Both the position numbers and the translations under genes were made by a program. From Lingula anatina (Eukaryota > Animalia > Brachiopoda), in NCBI GenBank assembly GCA_051362555.1, contig CM120640.1, positions 57,204,788 to 57,268,787 of the forward strand: 64,000 bases of DNA, written 5' to 3'. The notes beneath the pieces are model-generated. The model was not told the DNA's origin. It did no database searches and was given only the letters and a program-made list of their open reading frames with translations. This document shows, one piece after another, positions 53,577 to 64,000 of the stretch. The number at the start of each line of letters is the position of its first letter. The first letter of the stretch is position 1.

Positions 53577-55367
53577 TTCTCATACAATTTTTGCTTTTAT
53601 GACAGGTCAGAAGGGGCGAGATAAATAAAACATTCAAAATAATTGTCACTATTGTTTTTTTTTTTTGTTTGTTTGTTTTTACAGATGATAGTAAAGACTG
53701 AAATGAACATTTTTGCCACATTTTAAGAAGTTAAAAGCAGGGTTCCTCTTAACTGAACTATTTTGTCTTACATGATTACACAAACACAAAATGATTTTGT
53801 CATTTTCTTTTCACACCTCTTCTCCCTCTTTTGCTCCCATAGCCTTGCATTGTATGGTATAATCTCAATTTTTTGTTTCGATAATTTTAGAGATAAAGGG
53901 GTTTTAGTAGCAAGTTATTAAAAAACTGCTTATAAGTTACAGACCAGTGAAAATCCAGTGTTTTTGAGTTTTGAAAATGTATGTACTAGTACTTAAATTT
54001 CGTGTAAAATGTACTTCAAATCCCAACCACAGTCTTTAAAGACAAAGACAAAGTCTTAGATAGCATTGATTTTCACACAAGGAAAGTACAGTGTATCAGT
54101 CTTTGTAAACTGAAGGAGTGATAACATGCCACAGACAACTGATTACAGTTTCCTTTGTTTTGTTTTTTTTATTGATACTATATCCAAGTTACTGGAAATA
54201 TATCTTAGTTACAAACCACTCGTCCTTACACAATCAATAAATACTCTTTTTTTCTCTCTTAAAAATGTCTTTCAATTATATTGACTACAGAACTAATGGA
54301 GTGATAAAGTTAACACATGCAAACCTTTCATATTTTTTCAATGTAAAAAATGCTCCAACCCTTTCATAAAATTACATCCAGAAAGTGATAAGTGAACGTG
54401 ATAGTACAGATATCCAATCATATTCATTATGGTCCATTCATAGGAAAAAAATCATTTTGTTAAAATCACAGCAATTTTCCACTACCTACATAGTAATAGA
54501 GTATTTGCTAAATTAAGTGCGTGAAAACTCCATTGGTTGCCAAACCATGGGGAACAGACCTCAGTACTTTACATGCTTCAGTAACAAATCACGTCAGATC
54601 CTCTTCTGACGTCATTCCATAATTAGTAAGGCTATTTTCAGCTACATCAAGTAAAAAACCTAGCATGACAAAAGAGACTTCCCTGACAGAACCATATCTC
54701 CAAGCACTAACTGAAAATACATGCCAATACAGCTTCAATTAAAACTAGAGTTATTGGCAGTATGTATGTTCACAGCACTTAGGAACACCTGCTCTACAGG
54801 AAAATGTTCTGCTTTATAAATATTAAACCTACCAATAGTAATCAGTGTCTAACCTCAAGAAATCAAGGCATTCCCAAATATAATGAGACATGTTTCAAAT
54901 TAATTCTGAAGAATGACAATTTCTTCCTAGTGATTAATACTACATGAAACACCTGTCAGGTCAGTAGACAAGCACTGACCACAAATTTACCAGAGACTGA
55001 GACAGGATTAATATCAGGGCTTTACACAAGGAAATAGCTGGAAGAAATTGTAATGTTATTTTGTACTTGTTTTGTACTTTTACTCAAAATGCACTCCCAT
55101 AAAACAAGCAGTTGTATCAGATCTGAACACTTATGAATACTTCAGTCTCAGTGGGACTTCCAATGGACATATTCATAAAGTTAAGTCAACCCTTTCTATT
55201 GAGAAGATTTCTAATTATATTCAGTCAGAGTAAAACAAGGTAGATTTAAATTCAGAGGCATGTGTAGGTTGTAGGCAAAACTATTCATGAGCATAAAAGG
55301 GTAAAAAAACGTTTTTGTCTGCTTGTTCAAATCTTACAAATCCCAGGATTCTTACACAGCATGGATA

Positions 55368-55462
55368 TCAGTCTTCATCACTGTCATCGCTACCTCCACC
55401 ATGTCTCTGATAACCAAATACAGTCTTTTTCTCCTCCTCCTCTCCAGCAAATTCTATCACTC
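55368..55462 (-). CDS. PhLP3-family exon 6 (VIEFAGEEEEKKTVFGYQRHGGGSDDSDED*)
   Basis: Acceptor tatttccag|GA, stop TGA at 55368-55370. Confidence 0.9.
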
Positions 55463-56155
55463 CTGGAAATACAGATTATAAATTTAATCATAATATTGAT
55501 ACAATCAAACTATCATAATAGTGCAGGAAGTGTGTTGTTGAAAAACATAAAGTGGAGTGTTGTATAGATTGCAAATGGCACTGGCTGTGTTTCTAAAATT
55601 GGTTTACACATCCATGGCCATATAAACTATGGCTGGTTGAATATATACAGACATGGTTGAATATACAGACATGGCTTCTCCCAATAATGGGTGGTGTCTC
55701 TTATTACTTTTCAACCATCTAGCTAAGAACCTGATGTAAAAGGCTAAGATTGAGACAGCATCTTCATTTTTTTCCTTTTTCAGTGGTTTAAAGACCTTAT
55801 GTTTACCTAAAAGACTATAATTAAGGATCATGAATTGTATTTACCTACCCATCTTAATAATTTACAGAAAGAACATTACTTAAATTTACAATATGTTTGT
55901 CAGGTATGTCTAGACAGATTAATACCATCAGCAAAATAAATAAAACAATTGTCTAGTGTTTTTCCATTTAGACCTTTTCATAGCAGCTAGGAAGTGCTAT
56001 TCAGCACATCTTTAAGTTATACAAGCTGAAACCATACAAACCAGTGCTCACCTGATTTCCCCAGTCTTCTTTCTAAGGCTTCGGTTTGAAAATGATCTGA
56101 ATCACCCAAGTCTTCAAAACCAATTAACCTGAAAGTGCAGTTATGCATGCAGACA

Positions 56156-56246
<91 letters not shown>

Positions 56247-56381
56247 TGTTTGCTTCTTAGGAAAATAAGTTCAGCCACCTTGAAAATTAGCTGGCTAGAA
56301 TGCCTGCTGGGTGGGAAAACTTCTCTGCCCATTCTGAAAGTTGTCTGCCCCGGGCAGACGGTCCAGCCTTAATTTCTAACA

Positions 56382-56427
<46 letters not shown>

Positions 56428-58671
56428 TAAGTACAAAGGGCTTTCTTAACCTGAATTATAATTTCTCCTAGACAATATCAACTGATTTTATTGTAACAGG
56501 TGCTTCTGAAGAACTGTACTGAAAATACTGATAGAGCAAGTGTTGCTTTGTTGCAATAACCAATACTTCGTGCTTGTACCACATCTCACAAAAGTGGCCT
56601 ATTCAGACTTCATAAACAGTAATTGGTAAGATTTGGGAGCACAAATTCACAACTCAAGCCACGAATTAAGCACCCAAATGTAAAATTAGTAGCCATGAAC
56701 ACAGAGTTGGACCACACAAAAAAATTTGACCAGCTTCCATCTGGGTCTATGGCTTCCTTTTTTTAATACGACATCAATATGCTCTTGGCAACTTCAGGCT
56801 TATATGAACATACCGGACAAGTAGATAAGCAGATTAACGGTTTTAGGGTCCAGTCGGTGTGCTCGTAGCTACTAATTTTACGTTAGAGTTCTTAATTGTG
56901 GCCTGAGTCATTAATTTGGGCATTTGTGCTCACACATCTGAGGCTTAAGTTTCTAAGGCCTGCTTTAACTACAGTACTGCTGGCATACTTCAAGTTCATG
57001 AATGCATCAGATGTTCTGAGGAAAGAACATTGAATATCAAAATACTCTCTTTTTCACTGTGTGTTTCTTGGACAAATGGCAAGAGGGGTTTTGTGAGAAC
57101 CTACCATGAAGGAAAAAAGTGAGTGAGCAGGCAAGTCTAGATAATATTACTGCTAGTTGAGCAATGCTGTCCATTTATAAAATGCTACTTACTTGTCTAT
57201 TACTTTTCCTTCACGAAAACAAAAAAGAGCTGGAAGAATGCGGATTTTCAGCTTTTCTACAAAGAATTTGGCCTTTTCTACATTAATTTTTGCAAACTTT
57301 GTTTCAAAATATTTTTCTGAAAGTTTCTGAAATGAAAAATAAATTAATTGTATGAATATAAATTTCCTTCACCATTCTCAAATATTGTTGGATATACTAT
57401 GAGTACGAGTAGTGCATATGGCAAAATGGTACTGAGATTGGAGAATGTTTTTGAAACTGCAAGATTTAAAATGACTCTTAAAATAAAGACTGTAGTCAGT
57501 TCTTGAATACATCTGGACATGAATAAACTTATAAAGAATTTTTTGCTAAAATTAGTGAAATTTCACCTGTAAATGACCATCTAATATTGCACAGCGTCTA
57601 AAGTCGGGATGAAAGAAATGTACTATACATTTTTCTTCTGATGTTGTGAGATCTAAAAATTCTTTTTCTTCTGTCAGTTCACTGAAATCAAATTGTTTCA
57701 TAAAATAAATTACATGTAAATCTTTCTACATGATATTTTTGTCCATGTTTTACTCCTTACTGCTGCTATAAACCACTGAATTCCTGTGCTTTAATCTTTC
57801 AAAGTTTCGATATCAAAACATAATAACAAGAAATTTGTCAGAAAAAATAATATGTATTCATTACGTATATGTCTGTTCCCTGTTCTGAGAAGAAAACTTC
57901 TGATTCTAACACCCAAATTGTGGATAAATGCCATAAGTGATATTAAGAAAGATGGGTACATGAGGTATTAAATAAAATAATGAACACAGCATAGCTGGTA
58001 TTGTTTTAAAACCATTTCTACAACAATAATCATCTTTGCACCTATAGATTCCATATCCTTTGGTCTTCATTTCTTGAAACTGGTGAGCTTGACGTTTCAG
58101 AGCTTCTAGTCTTGCCTCACGAATGTGAGCTGGGATCTCTTCATTTTCTAATTCTTCTAACAACCTCTGTAAATATGAAACCTTAACATATATTTCATAA
58201 GAAGACGTGAATAAATGGTATCATTCCTGGAATCAACAACATTTATTCGATTTGAAAGAAAGGAAATATATATTTGCAGTTCACTTTGCTTTTCCTAGCT
58301 ACGTCATACATGTAAAAAAAAAAAAAAAACTAATTCGAACTTAGGTTCTGTATTACTTACTAATGTTTTGCATTTCACAAGATTTTGGTGAAAGGCTGTT
58401 TTATTAAGAGGTAGGCCCCGACTTAAAAAAACACCGACCCCCACCAAGTCTTTATGTTGTGAAAGCGGTGTGAAAGTTGATAAACGCTTAACGATTGTAT
58501 ATAATGGTAGTTTGCCATCTGTACTTAATTATCGGTGTAGAAATTAAGCCCACAACATCATAAACATTCCACACGTATAATTTTACTATACCCATAATTT
58601 CTTACCTCCTCTGCCAGTGATTCATCTGCAAGTAATTGCTCGGCATCTTGTGCTGTTGCTGAGGCCGCCAT
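55368..58671 (-). CDS. Phosducin-like thioredoxin-domain protein, PhLP3/Plp1/TXNDC9 family (CCT co-chaperone type); complement(join(55368..55462,56052..56128,57193..57326,57567..57681,58042..58166,58606..58671)), 203 aa
   Basis: Six GT-AG exons, phases 0,2,0,2,1, total 612 nt ATG to TGA. Motifs: REARLEALK..KGYGIYSEL..EKEFL, CIVHFFHPDFRRCAILDGHL, ETKFAKINVEKA, KLKIRILP, IGFEDLGDSDHFQTEALERRL, acidic tail SDDSDED. Confidence 0.93.
56052..56128 (-). CDS. PhLP3-family exon 5 (LIGFEDLGDSDHFQTEALERRLGKS)
   Basis: Acceptor actttcag|G, donor CAG|gtgagc. Confidence 0.93.
56159..56424. repeat. (TA)n microsatellite split by a MITE (56159-56243 and 56385-56424)
   Basis: Directly visible. Confidence 0.95.
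56244..56384. mobile_element. 141-bp hAT-like MITE inserted in a (TA)n microsatellite
   Basis: Termini CAGTGTT...AACACTG, pure (TA)n on both sides, internal palindrome gtctgccccgggcagac. Confidence 0.6.
56630..56946. mobile_element. Old inverted-repeat element; related fragment at 42003-42092
   Basis: gagcacaaat..gccacgaattaag..aaaattagtagc (56636-56700) is inverted at 56857-56933; 42003-42092 matches the reverse complement of 56857-56946. Confidence 0.55.
57193..57326 (-). CDS. PhLP3-family exon 4 (KLSEKYFETKFAKINVEKAKFFVEKLKIRILPALFCFREGKVID)
   Basis: Acceptor tcatttcag|AAA, donor AA|gtaagt. Confidence 0.93.
57567..57681 (-). CDS. PhLP3-family exon 3 (ELTEEKEFLDLTTSEEKCIVHFFHPDFRRCAILDGHLQ)
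   Basis: Acceptor gatttcag|T, donor CAG|gtgaaa. Confidence 0.93.
58042..58166 (-). CDS. PhLP3-family exon 2 (RLLEELENEEIPAHIREARLEALKRQAHQFQEMKTKGYGIY)
   Basis: Acceptor tttacag|AGG, donor AG|gtgcaa; helical domain motif. Confidence 0.9.
58606..58671 (-). CDS. PhLP3-family exon 1 (MAASATAQDAEQLLADESLAEE)
   Basis: AAATATGGCGGC start context; donor GAG|gtaaga. Confidence 0.85.
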
Positions 58672-58920
58672 ATTTAAACTAAAGGGTGCGCCCAGAAGAT
58701 GCCTTCAAATTCAGAAGATCGTCATTGTACAAGCAAATACAAAATATAATTTTGGCATATTTCTTATTTATGTGATTAAATGAGCAAAACGTGATTGCGT
58801 TAAATACCTCTAGCATAATATCTATGGTATTGATTGATGCACATTTTGATACACAAATATAATTCTAGACATTTTGGCTTATCTTGGAACTGAGTGCGCG
58901 CGTTATCAAATTTCGAGTTG
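58672..58920 (-). promoter_or_regulatory. Probable promoter/5' UTR of the PhLP3-family gene
   Basis: CpG enrichment around exon 1 (gtgcgccc, gtgcgcgcg); YY1/TISU-like AAATATGGCGGC overlapping the ATG. Confidence 0.45.
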
Positions 58921-58927
58921 GTCTACT

Positions 58928-58959
58928 CAAGGAGTTATAACATCTGTTATAACTCCTTG
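58928..58959. mobile_element. 32-bp hairpin mini-element with 7-bp TSD (P-element-like CAAGG termini)
   Basis: CAAGGAGTTATAACA-TC-TGTTATAACTCCTTG flanked by GTCTACT at 58921-58927 and 58960-58966. Confidence 0.7.
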
Positions 58960-59157
58960 GTCTACTCAAGATTATAAAAACAGACCGAGATGCTTTTCAG
59001 ATTTCCTATACTTCGTTTTTAAATCTTGAATATACCAGCACTAAGATCCAAACTACAGTCTAATTTTTTCATCCCTCTCTTTTCAGTGAGATAAAGAATG
59101 ACACTCAAAGTGAAACAAGAAAATCTTTTATTACAAGTCCTTATAAATAGCACAGAA

Positions 59158-59333
59158 GGGGGCCGTAGCAATAGTCTTAAGGTTCAATAGTCCGAAGGTT
59201 CATTGGTCCGAATGTTCACTACAGAACCTTCGGACCAATGAACCCTTGATTAAAAAAACCGATAAAAATGTTACCGTTTTTCGGACCAATTAACCTTCGG
59301 ACCAGTGAACCTTCGGACAATCGAGACGCCCCC
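59158..59333. mobile_element. Foldback-type MITE with modular TIRs of about 16-bp subrepeats
   Basis: GGGGGCCGT...ACGCCCCC ends; left arm repeats gtccgaaggttca, right arm repeats tgaaccttcggac; no TSD seen. Confidence 0.65.
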
Positions 59334-60337
59334 ATCGATACAACCCCTCTAAAATTACCGCAATACAACGAACTGTACGTGCACCGTTACTCCCAAGCAT
59401 ATCTTTACTCCCCTGCATTGATTCTCCCCCTATACAATGTTTTCATGTTAATGTTGCTGACATTGTTACTTATGTTAAAAATAGTTCATATAAATTTGAT
59501 AAGTTGACTAAGGAGTCGGGAGCGCCGCCTATCCTCAATTGGAGAATTTTTTTTTTCAAATGGACAAATGGACTGGGTATTGGTGTGATATGTAGAAAAA
59601 ATTACAATTTACCACAGGGAAACCCGTGGTGATGTTGCTTTTATGCTCTTAAATTGCCTACACTTTGGATTTGACATATTCCTTTGAATAACGTTTTTTT
59701 TAACTCTGACTGATCACAGAATTTTGTTGTTATGCCCATTAACCACAGTTGATTTTAAAAACTTAAATTCGTCTATCGACCATGTTTATTTATAGTTGTT
59801 AACCATGATCTACGTAACCTGAATTTTCTAAGGGCTCAAAAACCATCATTAGGCCTATCATCATTAATGTAGAGGTGCTCTGTCCCACAGTGATTGCACT
59901 AGTAAATGTTAGTTTTAATACTGTTATCAAACATTGCCCATCTTTGTCAACGATAGGTCTATAATTATATTCTTTCCTTTGACTTGCAAAACTGGGCTGA
60001 ATGTGGCACAGGTATTAAGGTGGTGCAAGACAAGTAATTAGTGCTGTTCGTTTTTTTTTTTTTTTTTTAATAACGATCTCGGAGCATGTTGGCAATACAT
60101 GATACAACTGCATCCTACCACACATAAATAAATAAAGACTGGGCACAGACCAAAACAGAGTTGATTTTAATAGCCTATTAAAGAAAATATTTAAACATAT
60201 GATACAAACATCAGCATCATACTTTATATTTTCAAATTGTACATAATGCATTCAAATCTCACGCACATGTGAAAAGCACCTTATAACAATAAATTTCCAC
60301 CTTATACCCCCCATACACATAAATTCACTTTTAAACA

Positions 60338-60343
60338 TTTATT
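60338..60343 (-). terminator. Candidate polyadenylation signal of SZT2 (AATAAA)
   Basis: AATAAA on the - strand about 830 nt after the stop, followed by a T/GT-rich stretch (ttatgtgtat); other AATAAA sites exist (e.g. 60843). Confidence 0.35.
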
Positions 60344-61169
60344 AAATTCTGAAAAGGGGGTGGGGGGAAAGAAGTAATACTACCTGTTTATAAAAACAGC
60401 AACACTTACAGTCAATGAATTACTTGCAATCTTTCATATTGCATTTCTGAATTGTTGCTACTTTAATTTCCTTTAAAAAATTTAGACAGTTTGTGCACAA
60501 AAACTGTTAACCGAACAATTATTGGCATACAAGTTTCTATGACATTAGTTTACTGCAAATTGGTAAACTGTATTGGCCTACTATTATCAATAATTTAAGG
60601 TATGACCACCATCACACTTCCTTAAAATGAAATATCATGGCAATGTGCCAAACAATTCGAATGGTGTGATCAATTCAAGCAAATGGATAAAATAAAGTAT
60701 GAACCAATATTCACATATTACTTGTAAAATTCAGCTTATTTACAAATTTTATGCTGCAATTAAACTGTTCAAAGCTTCCTAAGGAACAGAGGTGATAAAT
60801 TATTGATGCAAAATACTCCTCGAAAATACAGTAACTTTACCTTTTATTTTCAATGTTAACTTTTTTAGATGCTTACATTCAAAACAGTGCATCAAAACAT
60901 ATTTCAGATCTTTTTGCCATTTCTTTTCAGGATAAAATATATCATCTTTTCTCAACAATAAGAAACTACATGCATATTCTCAAATCTTGGTGGTGTTATA
61001 CAATATTAGTCTTTCAGCTAACAGGGTTTAATGTTTTAAATTAGGTCTTCATATTTTGCTTATCAGTCAACAAGTTCACTTTATATCAATGCATAAAGTT
61101 ACCCCCTAAGCAAACCCCTAAAACATGTCCTCTGATAAGAAATCTTTTCTTGGGAAAAGATATCTGTTT

Positions 61170-61307
61170 CTAGGTGATGCCTGCCCACATGTGGTAGCAG
61201 CAAGCATTGATGAAGCCCTCTATGTGTGTCTGCATAGCTTGTGCTGGGCGACTAGGATTGGAGACAGATGATTCCTCCACGGTGTCTCTATACACAGCAC
61301 ATAAGTC
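61170..61307 (-). CDS. SZT2: SZT2 last coding exon (DLCAVYRD...HIEGFINACCYHMWAGIT*)
   Basis: Acceptor tctctccctag|GAC, stop TAG at 61170-61172. Confidence 0.92.
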   Translation of the reverse strand, partial: DLCAVYRDTVEESSVSNPSRPAQAMQTHIEGFINACCYHMWAGIT

Positions 61308-63812
61308 CTAGGGAGAGAGAAACAGACATACTTCTGATAATATATTTGGCAGCATGTGTAAACACATTAAAATGATTTTTCAATTATCATCTTTGTCATG
61401 CCAATTTGCTAAATTCATGAATGATGTTTTTACCATAATAGTTGTAGTGAAAATCTTAAAACATTTAACTGACCCAGCTTATATACCAAAGGCAATGGTT
61501 AATACTGATAGTGCATACTATTTATATTTATTCAAACAATAAATAAATTGCTTAAACTCACTGCTTTGTTGTTCATTTTATCCAGACTCAATAAAATAAA
61601 TGTATCCAAGTAGTTAGGATTGGGTATGGCCTGCAATGATAAACAAATAATTAACCAGACATTTCAAAGCACTCAAAATTGTACAGACCTCAGTCAAGAC
61701 AATTAATTTTCTAAAAATTAACAATTAATTAATTAGTTAATCAATTAATTAATCAATCTACCAACTAATTAATTAATTATCACCAAAATCTAATTACTAG
61801 TTAGCCATTTATGACCTGTCCTGAAATCCACCCATGACCTTTGAGTTAAGTAAGCTGGTGACAAACAAACAGACAAATAAGTGAAATATAACCTCCTTGG
61901 AAGAGCTTATTACAGAAATCACATTTATTGCTGTAACCATTTACTCCTTTTTTTTTCTTTTTTGTTATTATGAATAGCACAAAGAACTTGTACAAGTTAA
62001 AAATATTCATGTATTTCATGAATATTTGAAATGTGTGATGTCAAAGAGCCCTGCTATTTCACCTACCACATGCTGCACATGTTGGTCCTGACTAACAAAA
62101 TATCTGTGATTATCTACATAATCAGGTTTGGCCATGAGGACCCGTGCTAGACCCTGAAACCACTGGATACTCATGTTCTTGAAGGCTATCAACCTGCTGT
62201 CAATGTCCCCCAAGGGTACTTTGTGGACCACCTCCAAGAGCTCCATGAACTCCGCGAAACTTAGCTTCATCATCAGTTGCTGGAATATTAGTGTTCAATA
62301 TAAAGTAATTAAAAAGGTTTATATTATGGTTAATCATTTGACATGAAATCTGACAGCTGAAGTATGGGAAAGAACAGTTTTAAACCAAGCAAAACAATGC
62401 ACAGATTAGGTATTCAATACAGAAAAGTCAATCAATGTCGTTCATATTCCTGAACACTGACAGATGACCAGAAACCATTTATATGTGTGCATGCTAGTTT
62501 TGCTGTTGCACAATTTAGTAAGAACTCATTGACAATAAATCAAAGAAGTCATCATTGCGCATGTTGATGGTAAAATAACCAGTGGCATCTGTAATTGCCC
62601 AATTTAATTTTTTGGAGTTTTAACTTAATATATAATATCAATGAACATATGATATCAAAAATATCTTCAACATATTAATGAAATTTGAACAGTGTCCTCA
62701 CCCTGTCTCCTCGGCTCTCCTCAGTGTCACTCCTCCCCTTGCGCTTATCATCCTCCCTGACATCACTGACCAGGAGTCTGTTCCACAGGATGTCTCGACG
62801 GCACTGAATTTTAGCATTGTCCACCATCTGGGATATACGCTCTCTGGAAATGAAAATAGAATTTTCTTTATCTCCAAACTTGGGTTGGGAAAAATTATTT
62901 CTTAATTTGAAATTTTAAACAGATATAAAACGATAACAGTCTTTTGTAAAATATCTTTTAAGAACTTTTAGGGAGTTATCAACTTTCTGAAGCAAAAATG
63001 ATCTAAAATATACATATAAAAAAACCTTAAAACAGCTAATCAGCACATGTAACACTTTCAGCTAATCCTTTCTACCTGGCAGCCTCCTGTTCTTTCTCCA
63101 ACAGAGCATACATTGGCGTCTGGTGATTGGCTGTAAAACCCAGGTAATTGACACTGGTCACCTCCTTAGAAAACCTGGACAGCTCAGTTTCTGGACGCAC
63201 ATTGATGTGCTGGCTGACCGGCAGTGGGGGGATGTCAGTCGGTGTCACAGAGTACACAGTTGTCTCAGGGACACTACCACTGACAGACCCTGTTAATATA
63301 TTTTCAGCACATAATTACTGCTACCTTCTTTGTCAAAATAAACTTCACAAAACGTGTTATATTCCTAGTGTTTATAATATTAAACATACTTGAATTTTCA
63401 TATGCAGGTGTATGAAATAAGAAACTTGTTATATTCAACCACAGAGGCCAATAAACTTAATGGAAAGAAAAGATAATATAAATGCACAGTACTTGTATTT
63501 GTGATAATCTAAAAAGAACTTACCTATAGACTGTCTCTGTGTACTGGATGTTAACCTGGTCATCCCAAGCCACTTCTCCAACATAAGGATTGGATACAAG
63601 TCCCTCTTACTGGTTAAGATCACATAGTATTTCAGAGAAATGGTGTCCTGCTTGTCTTTCTCACTGTATCTCACAGGTGCATCATGAGTAATAACAAGTC
63701 CAATGTTGAAATCACTGGACTTCTGTTTTGTGTCATCCTGAACATCCAGTGCGGCTCGTCTCGTAAAGTGAGAGACAAGGGCATACTGGTTACGGAGAGG
63801 AAACTGGGCCTC
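61170..63812 (-). CDS. SZT2: SZT2 (KICSTOR subunit), 3' part; complement(join(61170..61307,61562..61630,62067..62279,62702..62843,63076..63289,63524..63812)); 5'-partial
   Basis: GT-AG exons in consistent phase. The translation has YYVILTSKRDLYP, CRRDILWNRLL, LSFAEFMELLEVVHKVPLGDIDSRL..MSIQWFQGLARVL, NPNYLDTFILLSLD and HIEGFINACCYHMW, collinear with the recalled SZT2 C-terminus (CRRDTLWKRL, ELEELLEAVH..DIDPQL..MTVSWYQSL, HLESVINTACFTLW). Confidence 0.92.
61562..61630 (-). CDS. SZT2: SZT2 exon (AIPNPNYLDTFILLSLDKMNNKA)
   Basis: Acceptor cattgcag|GCC, donor GCA|gtgagt; 69 nt. Confidence 0.88.
62067..62279 (-). CDS. SZT2: SZT2 exon (QLMMKLSFAEFMELL...DQHVQHV)
   Basis: Acceptor attccag|CAA, donor GTG|gtaggt; 213 nt. 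Confidence 0.9.
62702..62843 (-). CDS. SZT2: SZT2 exon (ERISQMVDNAKIQCRRDILWNRLL...SRGDR)
   Basis: Acceptor catttccag|A, donor AGG|gtgagg. Confidence 0.9.
63076..63289 (-). CDS. SZT2: SZT2 exon (SVSGSVPET...VNYLGFTANHQ...EQEAA)
   Basis: Acceptor taacag|GG, donor CAG|gtagaa; phase 1/2. Confidence 0.85.
63524..63812 (-). CDS. SZT2: SZT2 exon (EAQFPLRNQY...TSKRDLYP...QRQSI)
   Basis: Acceptor ccaacag|GAG, donor TAG|gtaagt; 289 nt open. Confidence 0.88.
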
Positions 63813-64000
63813 CTGTTGGATAGCAATGAAAATCTATTATGAAAATATATTTACAAAATTTGGAATATATATTTACAAGAATAAAAACAAAATCTTTTAA
63901 GATTAAAATATTAAAATAGCTTAATGTTGTGCGATACTACACAACTGCCATTGCAAGAGTACAATTAGATGGATGAAACTGTGCTTGAATGAAGGAACTA

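Noticed and set aside
57595-57635. Two Cys in the thioredoxin-fold gene as a possible redox active site
   Set aside because: The spacing is C-x11-C, not CxxC; phosducin-family Trx domains are non-catalytic. No in-frame TGA or SECIS evidence.
1-64000. tRNA, rRNA or snRNA genes and intact transposase/RT ORFs
   Set aside because: None recognised by eye; tRNAscan-SE and Infernal/Rfam searches would be needed to exclude small ncRNAs.

Overview
AT-rich, CpG-poor animal genomic DNA, most likely an invertebrate (taxon not determinable from sequence). The six-frame ORF track is mostly noise because the genes are spliced. Manual exon assembly gives three genes. (1) + strand TP53I11/PIG11: five shared exons (45238-51095) and a 596-nt upstream coding exon (6963-7558). 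The 37.7-kb intron between them holds several candidate alternative first exons that all end in phase 2 and could splice in frame onto the same acceptor. (2) - strand complete 6-exon, 203-aa phosducin-like PhLP3/Plp1/TXNDC9-family gene (55368-58671), convergent with TP53I11. (3) - strand last six exons of SZT2 (61170-63812; gene continues past the window). Introns and intergenic DNA carry many non-autonomous DNA elements with readable TIRs/TSDs (9-bp-TSD Mutator-like, Kolobok-like, Harbinger-like, Tc1/mariner-like, CACTA-like, hAT-like, P-like mini-hairpins), an L2-type LINE 3' remnant, tandem repeats and microsatellites. Family assignments rest on recalled motifs, not database searches. The best novelty candidate is the multi-promoter, variable-N-terminus architecture of TP53I11, which needs transcript data to confirm.
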